In this document: positions 24,632-32,000 of the stretch, piece after piece
Position numbering within the stretch: position 1 is the stretch's first letter
Layout of the letters: each line of letters starts with the position of its first letter
NCBI RefSeq assembly: GCF_008065095.1
Contig: NZ_CP042911.1
Location: 3,150,001-3,182,000, forward strand
DNA: 32,000 bases
Direction of reading: 5' to 3'
From: Gemmata obscuriglobus
GTDB taxonomy: Bacteria; Planctomycetota; Planctomycetia; Gemmatales; Gemmataceae
Notes under the pieces: model-generated
Seen by the model: only the letters and a program-made list of their open reading frames with translations
Database searches by the model: none
Told to the model about the DNA's origin: nothing
Made by a program: the position numbers and the translations under genes

Positions 24632-25384
24632 TCACTTCGCCCGGACGCTCGACAGGCCGCCGTCCACGCTGACGATCTGGCCGGTCACCCAGGTGGTCTC
24701 GGGCGCCAGGAGCCAGGCGATCGCGTCCGCCACGTCGCCGGGCTCCCCGATGCGCCCCAGCGGGTGCATCGCGGTGGACGCTTTGAGGGTCGCCTCGCTC
24801 GATGTCAGCCGCGCGGCGAGTGGGGTGCGGACGAGCCCCGGGGCGACGGCGTTCACGCGGAGGTTCCGGCCGGCGTAGGTGGCCGCGGCCGAGATCACGA
24901 GGCCGTTCACCGCGCCCTTCGCGGCGGCGATCGCCTCGTGGTTGGCCAGCCCGATTTTCGTCGCCACGGTGGACATGAGCACCACCGAACCGCCGTTGGG
25001 CATGCCCTTGACGGCGGCCCGGAGCACGTTGAACGCGGTCGTCACGTTCACCGCCAGCGTGTCCGCGAACTCTTGGTCGGTGGTGAGGTGCGCCGGCTTC
25101 AGCAGGATCGAGCCGCACAGGTTCGCGGCACCGGTGATCGGCCCGAACTGTTGCCCCGCCTCGGCGAACAGGAGGTCCACAGCGCCGGAATCGATCGCGT
25201 TCAGGGTGCGCACCGCGACCGTCGCGCCGGCGGTCGTCAGGTCGCTCGCCAGGGCGTCCAGTTTGTTCGGGTCGCGGCCCGCGAGCATCAGCTTGCACGG
25301 CCCGCGGGCCGCAAGCCGCCGACACAACGCCGAGCCGATTCCGCCCGCCGCACCGACGATCACGTAAGCCGGGATGTCACTCAT
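24632..25384 (-). CDS. Short-chain dehydrogenase/reductase (SDR) family protein, 250 aa, last gene of the carotenoid-type operon
   Basis: Start is at MSDIPAYVIVGAAGGIGSAL (Rossmann GxxxGxG). SDR body NLRVNAVAPGLVRTPL...GEPGDVADAIAWLL...TGQIVSVDGG. The ATG at 25384 overlaps the upstream stop (ATGA). Confidence 0.85.
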   Translation of the reverse strand: MSDIPAYVIVGAAGGIGSALCRRLAARGPCKLMLAGRDPNKLDALASDLTTAGATVAVRTLNAIDSGAVDLLFAEAGQQFGPITGAANLCGSILLKPAHLTTDQEFADTLAVNVTTAFNVLRAAVKGMPNGGSVVLMSTVATKIGLANHEAIAAAKGAVNGLVISAAATYAGRNLRVNAVAPGLVRTPLAARLTSSEATLKASTAMHPLGRIGEPGDVADAIAWLLAPETTWVTGQIVSVDGGLSSVRAK

Positions 25385-26583
25385 AGTTTTGCCGCCGCCG
25401 GAAGGGCGCGGCCCTTCCACCCGACCGGTTTCCCGATCACCCAGCGCAGGACCGCGTACCACTGAACCGCGAGCAGCAGCAGGATCGCAACCGGGTGCAG
25501 GAGCACGCCGACCCACGACTGGCGGAAGTGAACGGCCGCGTGGCACCGCTTCGAGAGCGACATGACGATTGCGCTGCCGAGCACCGACAGGGCGAAGGGA
25601 CGCACCGCCCGCTCAACCATTTGCTCGTGCGGGTCCGCCTCGAACGTGAAGCCGCTCAGCGCCAGTACGAGCATCAGGGCGGGTAGTACCTGTCCGCAGA
25701 ACAGCGTGACGGTCCAGAACCCGATCTGCCCGGTCGCGGCCATGCCCTCACGGGCGTTCTTCGCCAGCCCGAACCAGACCGCCGATGCCGAACGGTACAT
25801 CCGGCACGAGGCGAGGTGCGTGGCGTCGCAGATGTCGGTCCCGAACCCGGCTTTGCGGTAGGCGCGGGGCAGGGTCAGCCCGTCGTGGAAGGACGATCGC
25901 ACCGCCCCGTGCCCGCCGACCGTTTCATACGCGGCGCGCGCGGTCATGAACCACTGCCCGCACCCGGCACCGAACGCGGCACGCGGCGAGCGGCGCATGC
26001 CCCACAGTGGGAGAAAAGACAGCAGCAGCCAGTTGATGAGCGGGATGAGCAGGCGCTCCAGGAGCGTTCCGGTCTCTTGGTGCGGGAACCCACTCACCAG
26101 GGCGCACTTGCTTTCGCGGAGAAACCGCGCCATCCGCGCCAGCGCGTCCGGGCGGAGACGCACGTCCGCGTCGAGGAACGTGAGAATGTCGTACCGGGCT
26201 AGTTTCGACAGCGCGAAGCACGCATGTTGCTTTCCGGCCCATCCGTCCGGTAGCGGCGGCGCCGACTGGACCCGCACCCGCGGGTCCGCAGCCGCCAGCG
26301 TCCGGACGATGTCCGCCGTGCGGTCGGTGCTGGCGTCGTCGAGGACGATGACCTCCAACTCCACGTGCTGGGACGCGAGCACCGACCGCACGCACGCCTC
26401 AATGCCGAGTTCTTCGTTCCGCGCCGGGATGAGGACCGAGATGACGGGTTGCTCCGCCGCGGCCGCGTCGCCACCACAGTGCAGGGCGGGGGGCTCCCGG
26501 AATAGAACTGAATTCCACAGATAGAGCAGGGCGGGGGCCGCTGCGCAAAGCAGCGCTCCCAATGCCAAGCCGACGAGTGTCAC
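25381..26583 (-). CDS. Family 2 glycosyltransferase with C-terminal membrane domain (CrtQ-like carotenoid glycosyltransferase candidate), 400 aa
   Basis: Motifs present: ISVLIPARNEELGIEACVRSVL...EVIVLDDASTDRTADIV...GWAGKQHAC...ILTFLDADVRL (DxD). Several C-terminal TM segments. GTG start overlaps the upstream stop (GTGA). Confidence 0.85.
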   Translation of the reverse strand: MTLVGLALGALLCAAAPALLYLWNSVLFREPPALHCGGDAAAAEQPVISVLIPARNEELGIEACVRSVLASQHVELEVIVLDDASTDRTADIVRTLAAADPRVRVQSAPPLPDGWAGKQHACFALSKLARYDILTFLDADVRLRPDALARMARFLRESKCALVSGFPHQETGTLLERLLIPLINWLLLSFLPLWGMRRSPRAAFGAGCGQWFMTARAAYETVGGHGAVRSSFHDGLTLPRAYRKAGFGTDICDATHLASCRMYRSASAVWFGLAKNAREGMAATGQIGFWTVTLFCGQVLPALMLVLALSGFTFEADPHEQMVERAVRPFALSVLGSAIVMSLSKRCHAAVHFRQSWVGVLLHPVAILLLLAVQWYAVLRWVIGKPVGWKGRALPAAAKL

Positions 26584-27383
26584 AGCCGACGCTCTCCCGT
26601 TACGACTTCGTGTGAGGGATCAAACGGCCGCCCTCGGACCCAGGCTTTCAGCCGGTGCCAGGAGTCGTACACGCCGCCGACACCGGTGCGGCCGGCGAGC
26701 AGGTCCGTGAACGCCTCCGGATCACGCCTCACGGCCTCGGCACTGAGCGCGTCGAGGTTTCGTGTGAGCGCGGCTTCGATGAGCGCGGTCCAGGCCTTGC
26801 CGTCCAGCCCACGGTGGTCCGCGGCGCGGAGCGGTTCGCCGACGCGGACGAGCGCCTCCGGCGTGCTTTCCGTCCAGAAGGTGTATTCGAGTGCGACCGG
26901 CAGCACCGCTCCTGCCGTCATGCGGGCGGCGAGGTGGCCGACGCCCGATTGAAGCGCGAGCGGGCGCTCCCGCACGTCGGTGAACCGTCCCTGAGCGGTC
27001 ACCCAGAACACGTGCCGGGGGTGGGACAGGATCGCCGTACCCGTCCGCAGAAACGCGGCGGCGCCGCGGAGCGACTTCGTATCAACACCGACGAACCCGA
27101 GCTTTGTGAAGAACCGGTACCGCTCGACCGCGACCGCGTCGATCGCCGCGAAGTGCTCGCGCGCTCCGAACCGGTCGCTCAGGACCATGCCGATCATCGG
27201 GTCCCACCACGACGGGTGGTTCAGCGCGACCAGCAGGGGCTCGTCTCCGTTCGGAACGGCGGCCCCGCTCTTCGACAGCCGCACCGCGTGGAAGTGCTTC
27301 TGCACGTACCGCCGGGCGTACTTGCGGAAGCCGCGCACCAGCCAGCCCCAGCGGTTCGGCAGTTCGGCGGTGCGAACCGACAT
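26580..27383 (-). CDS. Lysophospholipid/glycerol-phosphate acyltransferase (LPLAT) family protein (CrtO-like acyltransferase candidate), 268 aa
   Basis: Start is at MSVRTAELPNRWGW. HX4D catalytic motif in LVALNHPSWWDP. The ATG lies 2 nt after the upstream TAA. Only the C-terminal 268 aa of the 701-aa track ORF are credible. Confidence 0.82.
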   Translation of the reverse strand: MSVRTAELPNRWGWLVRGFRKYARRYVQKHFHAVRLSKSGAAVPNGDEPLLVALNHPSWWDPMIGMVLSDRFGAREHFAAIDAVAVERYRFFTKLGFVGVDTKSLRGAAAFLRTGTAILSHPRHVFWVTAQGRFTDVRERPLALQSGVGHLAARMTAGAVLPVALEYTFWTESTPEALVRVGEPLRAADHRGLDGKAWTALIEAALTRNLDALSAEAVRRDPEAFTDLLAGRTGVGGVYDSWHRLKAWVRGRPFDPSHEVVTGERRL

Positions 27384-27385
27384 CG

Positions 27386-28963
27386 TTACACCCCAGCCGG
27401 TTCCGGGGTGCGGGTGCCCTTGGAGGCGACGCCGTCCTGGTCGAGCGCGTCCGCCGCGATCCAGCCGGACATCAGGACCATCGGCATCCCGGGCCCGGGG
27501 TGTGCCGCGCCGCCCGCGAGGTACAACCCCTTCACGTCCGGCGAGCGGTTGGCGGGCTTGAACGCGCCGTTCCACTTGCCGTGACTCGCCAGCCCGTAAA
27601 TCGCGCCGTTGAGCACGCGGTAGCGGTCGTGAATGTCCTGCGGGGTCAGGGCCGATTCGTACACGATCCGGCTCTCGATGTCCGGCATCTGGCCGGTCGT
27701 CTTGAGCTTGTTGAGGATCACCCGCCGGTACTCGGGCAGCATCTTCTTCCAGTCGTGGTGCGGCCGGAGGTACGGGGTGTGAACCAGGACGTACAGCGCG
27801 TCGCCGCCGGGCGGGGCGGTTTCCGGCTCGGTGCGGGCGGTGGAGGCGATGTAGCAGGTCGGGTCCGGCGCCGGTTCGCCCTTGCGGTAGATGTACTCGA
27901 ACTCCTCGTGCGGGTCGCGCGAGAACACGAAGTCGTGGTGCAGCAGGTGGTCGTAAGCCTTGTTGAGCCCCAGGTAGAGGACCACGCCGGAGCACGCGGG
28001 CTCGTAACCGCGGCGCTGCTCGAACCGCTTCGCCGCTTGCGGTGCTTGTTCGCGGAGCAGCTCGCGGTGGGTGCGGGCGCTGTCGGCGTTGGACACCACG
28101 GCCGCGAGTTCGATCGTCTCGCCGGTGTCGGTTTCCACCCCGCGCACCCGGGTGCCGTTTTGCTCGGTCAGCACCCGCCTGATGCCGGTGTCGGGGCGGT
28201 ACTCGACGCCCAACTCCTCCCCGAGTTGCACGAGCGCCTCGGGCACCGCGCGGGTGCCGCCCTTCGGGTACCACACGCCCTCGTCGGTCTGCATGTGGGC
28301 GATCCCGCAGAGCACCGCGGGCGACGACTCGGGGCACGACCCGACGTACTGCGTGAAGTGGTCGAGCATCTGGGCCACCCGCGGGTCCGGGTTGAACTTC
28401 CGCACGGTCCCCGCGACCGACCGCCCCATGCGCATGTTGAACACGTCGCCCATGAGGCCGAACGAGAACCCGGCGCGCCAGTCGATCATGTCGCGCACCG
28501 ACCCGATCGACTTCCAGAAGTAGTGGCGCTGGGAGATCTGGTTCAGTCGCTCGGAGAGCGCCTGGAAGCGCCGGTAGCCGTCCGCGGACCCGGTGCCGGG
28601 GGCGTAGGCGTCGAGGTGCGCGGCCATCGCGTCGGTGTCCTCGATCAGGTCGAGCGAGGTGCCGTCGCTGAAGAAGCACCGCCACTGCGGGTCGAGCCGG
28701 ATCAGCTCGAGGTGGTCTTCCAGCCGCCGGCCGGCTTCCGAGAAGATGCGCCGCAGCACCGACGGGATGGTGAGGATCGTCGGCCCCATGTCGAACCGGA
28801 ACCCGCTCTCGCTCAGGACCGCGGCTTTACCGCCGAGCCACGGGCTCTTCTCGAACAGCGTGACCGCGTACCCGCGGGCCGCGAGCACGCACGCCGACGC
28901 CAGCCCGGCGAGCCCGCCGCCGATCACGCCCACGCGATTCCGTTCCGCCGTGTTCCGTGTCAT
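27386..28963 (-). CDS. Phytoene desaturase (CrtI/CrtN/CrtP) family FAD-dependent oxidoreductase, about 525 aa
   Basis: Motifs present: NRVGVIGGGLAGLASACVLAARGYAVTLFEKSPWLGGKA...GFRFDMGPT, with C-terminal LYLAGGAAHPGPGMPMVLMSG. An alternative upstream ATG at 29029 would add 22 aa. Confidence 0.88.
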   Translation of the reverse strand: MTRNTAERNRVGVIGGGLAGLASACVLAARGYAVTLFEKSPWLGGKAAVLSESGFRFDMGPTILTIPSVLRRIFSEAGRRLEDHLELIRLDPQWRCFFSDGTSLDLIEDTDAMAAHLDAYAPGTGSADGYRRFQALSERLNQISQRHYFWKSIGSVRDMIDWRAGFSFGLMGDVFNMRMGRSVAGTVRKFNPDPRVAQMLDHFTQYVGSCPESSPAVLCGIAHMQTDEGVWYPKGGTRAVPEALVQLGEELGVEYRPDTGIRRVLTEQNGTRVRGVETDTGETIELAAVVSNADSARTHRELLREQAPQAAKRFEQRRGYEPACSGVVLYLGLNKAYDHLLHHDFVFSRDPHEEFEYIYRKGEPAPDPTCYIASTARTEPETAPPGGDALYVLVHTPYLRPHHDWKKMLPEYRRVILNKLKTTGQMPDIESRIVYESALTPQDIHDRYRVLNGAIYGLASHGKWNGAFKPANRSPDVKGLYLAGGAAHPGPGMPMVLMSGWIAADALDQDGVASKGTRTPEPAGV

Positions 28964-29038
28964 TGTGTCTGATTCGTGTGTGGTGCAGGGTCTTTGGGAC
29001 TGAGGTCGAACCGCGTGATCCGCCGCCATCGAATCTCA

Positions 29039-29200
29039 CACAGGGCTTCCGCCCTGTGCTACGTCCGCCGGCCCCTCCGGGGCGGACAACAAGTTAAAAG
29101 GCAAAACGGTTGCACCTCTTTTACCTTTTGACTTTGCTCTTTTGCCTTATGTTGCACCCCGGAGGGGTCGCCGGGCGTAGCACAGGGCTTCCGCCCTGTG
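29039..29200. repeat. REP doublet (REPIN/BIME-like): two inverted GTAG-plus-20-nt-hairpin units flanking a less GC-rich core
   Basis: The 20-mer CACAGGGCTTCCGCCCTGTG (8-bp stem, TTCC loop) occurs at 29039-29058 and 29181-29200. It is flanked inward by CTACG (left) and CGTAG (right). The next 19 nt inward are inverted at 16/19 matches. The core 29083-29156 is less GC-rich. Confidence 0.75.
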
Positions 29201-29209
29201 GCACCAGCT

Positions 29210-30808
29210 TCACGCGGTCGGGGCCGAGACCGGCAGCTCCGCGGCGCCGGGGACGCCGAGCCACTCGGCGTCCAGCCCGAGGTCGTTCAGCAGCAGCCGG
29301 CTGGTGATGCGGGCGGACTCGTAGATCACCGGCAGGCCGCTGCCCGGGTGTGTGCCGCCGCCAACGAGATACACCCCGCCGAGCTCGCTGAAGCGGTTCT
29401 GCGGCCGCAGGTGCAGCATCTGGCCCCAGGTGTGCGCCAGGTTGAACGTCGCCCCGCGGTACACGTTGTACCGGTTCTCCCAGTCCGCGGGGGTGATGAT
29501 CTTCTCGAACCGCACGCGCCGCTCCACGTCCGGGAGGCCGACTTTGTCCAGTTGCCGGAACAGCTTCGCGCGGAACGCGGGCGTTTCCTTCTGCCAGTCC
29601 ACGTTCGGGTGCTGGTGCGTCACCGGGGCGAGGACGTAAAGGGTGCTCATTCCGGGCGGGGCGAGGCCCGGGTCGGTCGGGGTGGCGTTCTGCACGTAAA
29701 ACGACGGGTCGTCGGACAGGACGTGCCGATCCTCAATGTCCCGGAGGTTGTTCAGGTAGTCCGCGGACGTGTGAATCGTGTGGTGCGGCACGTGGTCGAA
29801 CCGCCCCTCGACGCCCAGGTACATCATGAACGTCGAGCACGAGAACTTCTTCTTCTCGATCTTCGCGTCGGTCCACTTGCGGCGCAACCGGTTGGGGACC
29901 AATTTGGTCATCGCGTAGGCGAAGTCGGCGTTCACGACGAGCGCGTCCGCCCGGTGCTCGCCGGTGCGCGTGCGCACCCCCACCGCTTTGCGCCCGTCAA
30001 AGAGCACCTCTTCGACTTCTTCGTTGAGCGACACGCGGACCCCGCACTCGCGGGCGACACGGGCCATCCCGTCGGACACCGCCGCGCACCCGCCGAGCGG
30101 GTGCCACACGCCGTACTCGTATTCCAGGAACGACAGGATCGAGAACAGGCTGGGGCAGTTGAACGGCGACATCCCCAGGTACTTCGATTGGAACGAGAAC
30201 GCCAGCCGGACGCGCTCGTCACCGAAGTACCGGCCGAGTTCCGAGTCGAGCGACGCCCACGGCCGCAACGTCGGGAACAGCCGCATGAGCTGCCAGCGGA
30301 CGAGGTCCGTCCAGCCGGAAAAGGGCTGCTCCAGGCAGGGCCGGAACAGCTCCATCTTGTGGCGGTTGTCGGCGAGGAACCGGCGGACGTGCGGGGCGTC
30401 CTGCGGGCTGATCTTCGCCACTTCGGCTTCGAGCTTCGCCACGTCGGGCGTGCAGTCCAGTTGGCCGCCCCCGCCGAACGAGATGCGGTACTGCGGGTCC
30501 AGCCGCACCATCGGGATCTCGGTCAGCAGGTCGCGACCGATCAGCTTGAAGATGCGCTCGAGCACCTTCGGGTACAGGAAGAACGTCGGCCCGAGGTCGA
30601 ACCGGAAGCCCTCCGCTTCCAGTGCCGAGCACCGGCCGCCGACGTGGGGCAACCGCTCGACGACGTGAACGTCGAGGCCCGCTTTCGCGAGCAGCAGCGC
30701 CGCCGCCAGACCGCCCGGCCCGGCGCCGACGATCAACACGGACTTGCGGCGGCCGGTCTTCGCGGCGTGCGGGGCAGGGGACAGCGTGGCGACAGACGGC
30801 GCGGTCAT
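29210..30808 (-). CDS. Phytoene/diapophytoene desaturase (CrtI/CrtN family), 532 aa
   Basis: Start is at MTAPSVATL...KSVLIVGAGPGGLAAALLLAKAGLDVHVVERLPHVGGR. Other motifs are FSFQSKYLGMSPFNCPSLFSILSFLEYEYGVWHPLGG and RGATFNLAHTWGQMLHLRPQNR...VYLVGGGTHPGSGLPVI, typical CrtI-family signatures. The track's 70-aa upstream extension is Arg/Cys-rich junk. Confidence 0.9.
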   Translation of the reverse strand: MTAPSVATLSPAPHAAKTGRRKSVLIVGAGPGGLAAALLLAKAGLDVHVVERLPHVGGRCSALEAEGFRFDLGPTFFLYPKVLERIFKLIGRDLLTEIPMVRLDPQYRISFGGGGQLDCTPDVAKLEAEVAKISPQDAPHVRRFLADNRHKMELFRPCLEQPFSGWTDLVRWQLMRLFPTLRPWASLDSELGRYFGDERVRLAFSFQSKYLGMSPFNCPSLFSILSFLEYEYGVWHPLGGCAAVSDGMARVARECGVRVSLNEEVEEVLFDGRKAVGVRTRTGEHRADALVVNADFAYAMTKLVPNRLRRKWTDAKIEKKKFSCSTFMMYLGVEGRFDHVPHHTIHTSADYLNNLRDIEDRHVLSDDPSFYVQNATPTDPGLAPPGMSTLYVLAPVTHQHPNVDWQKETPAFRAKLFRQLDKVGLPDVERRVRFEKIITPADWENRYNVYRGATFNLAHTWGQMLHLRPQNRFSELGGVYLVGGGTHPGSGLPVIYESARITSRLLLNDLGLDAEWLGVPGAAELPVSAPTA

Positions 30809-31602
30809 GCACGATTTCCGTTGGCATCCTTGAACCGGCCGCAGGCGGGCGGGTTCGTGACAGTTTACCGACAGCGGCCACCCGCCGCCCCTGCAAATGC
30901 GGAACGCGGGTCTTCTGCCGCCGTCCAGATGTCGCGCGCACGGCACGCTCCTGACATCTGCCGAATAGCGACGGTCTGCGCGGCGGTGGGCTACCTGAAA
31001 GCCTTTTGCGCAACACACGAGTCGCGCGTGTTTCTGGGGGTTCGGCCGTCGCGACCGAAACGTTGGGCACGGGCGAGCAAAAGGGCTGGTGAATGAACCG
31101 CACCCGGACGACCTCGACCGTTTTCAACTCGATGCGACTCCGAGCGCGGGCGCATCGGATCGGGTGCTGGTGGCACACCGACTGGACATTCGCTAACTCC
31201 CGGCTGGTCGCGGACTACCCATTCGCTGGGACGGAGCTACCACCGAATCCCCGGTCGCCGGGATCCGCTCGCGGTTCCCGTGCCCGTCGCGGGCAATCCC
31301 GATTCCTCCAAGCGGTGGTGCGTAACGTGTTTCGATACATCCACTTGCTGCTACTACGGTTCGGTCGGGTGCTTCCACTTTGCTGGGCCTCCGGACGGCG
31401 TCCGCCGTTCGCGGGCGCGGTGCCGAACCGCTGGCAGTACCGCACGGTGCCGAAACTGACCCGCGCCGACGGGCGTTCTGCGAAACCCCGTTCCAGCCTT
31501 TACCTTCGACCGCACCTCGCGCCGGGATTCAACAGACCATATTCCGGGCCACCGTGCGCCGGCTCACTTACGATGTCTCCACACCATACGCGGAGAAGAA
31601 TC

Positions 31603-32000
31603 ATGTCCGGTCCCACGCTCAGTCCGGCGGAGGTGCGCGCCGCCGTCGCGAAGTTGCCCCGTGTGCGGCTCGCGCACCTGCCCACACCGCTCGAAGAGCT
31701 GCACCGGTTCTCGGCCGCACTCGGCGGGGGTGTGCGCGTCTTTATCAAGCGTGACGATTGCACCGGCCTCGTCCTGGGCGGGAACAAGGCCCGGCACAAC
31801 GAGTTCCTGTTCGGCGATGCCCTGGCGAGCGGCGCCGACATGTTCGTGTGGGGCGCGCTGGTCCAGTCGAACAACTGCCGCACCACCGCCGCGGCCTGTG
31901 CGAAACTTGGGCTGGAGTGCCGCCTCTACCTTTCGCGCGCCCACCAGAAGACGGAACCGCAGGGGAACCTGCTCCTCGACTATCTGGTCGGGGCGCACGT
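31603..32000 (+). CDS. ACC deaminase/D-cysteine desulfhydrase family PLP-dependent enzyme (5' partial, runs off window)
   Basis: This gene is not in the ORF track. My manual translation from the ATG at 31603 (GGAGAAG 4 nt upstream) gives MSGPTLSPAEVRAAVAKLPRVRLAHLPTPLEELHRFSAALGGGVRVFIKRDDCTGLVLGGNKARHNEFLFGDAL... with no stop up to 32000. The motif IKRDDxTGLxxGGNKxR, including the PLP lysine, is the family hallmark. Confidence 0.75.
   Translation, partial: MSGPTLSPAEVRAAVAKLPRVRLAHLPTPLEELHRFSAALGGGVRVFIKRDDCTGLVLGGNKARHNEFLFGDALASGADMFVWGALVQSNNCRTTAAACAKLGLECRLYLSRAHQKTEPQGNLLLDYLVGAH

Noticed and set aside
26580-28685. A single 701-aa minus-strand ORF spanning the acyltransferase and part of the desaturase region
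   Set aside because: Only the last 268 aa, from the Met at 27383, look like a real protein (LPLAT with HX4D). The upstream 433 aa are an out-of-frame Arg/Pro/Gly-rich read through the CrtI-family gene.
27500-31096. 490-aa and 632-aa plus-strand ORFs opposite the two CrtI-family genes
   Set aside because: These are antisense artefacts with Arg/His/Pro/Val-rich junk. The minus strand has FAD-binding and CrtI signature motifs.
1-32000. Search for tRNA, rRNA, tmRNA, RNase P or SRP RNA, CRISPR arrays, transposases, integrases, toxin-antitoxin or defence-system genes
   Set aside because: I found no T-loop (GGTTCGAATCC-like) with matching stems, no conserved ncRNA cores, no regularly spaced direct repeats and no recognisable mobile or defence protein families. 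This was by-eye scanning only, so tRNAscan-SE, Infernal and a defence-system HMM scan would be the definitive checks.

Overview
High-GC (roughly two-thirds G+C by eye) bacterial chromosomal window. The protein families suggest a Planctomycetota/Gemmata-like organism; this is inference only. I support 23 protein-coding genes and found no rRNA, tRNA, CRISPR array, transposase or integrase. Contents in order: (1) a minus-strand heavy-metal efflux locus (46-7767) with a Cys/His-rich small membrane protein, a YHS-motif lipoprotein, an unusually long adaptor made of two complete MFP modules, and a CusA/CzcA-type RND pump; (2) a PAS-containing methyl-accepting chemotaxis protein; (3) purU, then an APC amino-acid permease translationally coupled (ATGA) to a PhyH-type Fe/2OG dioxygenase; (4) two convergent hypothetical genes; (5) a three-part ThiE fusion, divergent from a TolC-like outer-membrane factor, followed by a PhnD-like binding protein; (6) adjacent type IIA topoisomerase A and B subunits, ParC/ParE-like with no GyrA box; (7) a tightly packed minus-strand carotenoid desaturation, glycosylation and acylation operon (SDR, GT2, acyltransferase, two CrtI-family enzymes); (8) a 5' partial ACC-deaminase/D-cysteine-desulfhydrase family gene that is missing from the ORF track because it runs off the window. 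The most noteworthy observations are the natural tandem-MFP fusion with its non-canonical metal-binding partners, a perfect 38-bp AT-rich inverted repeat built from 9-bp iterons between the adaptor and pump genes, and a GTAG-plus-hairpin REP doublet (REPIN/BIME-like) between the two carotenoid desaturase genes. Most long ORFs on the opposite strand of these genes are GC-rich antisense artefacts. All functional calls come from motif recognition by eye, with no database search.
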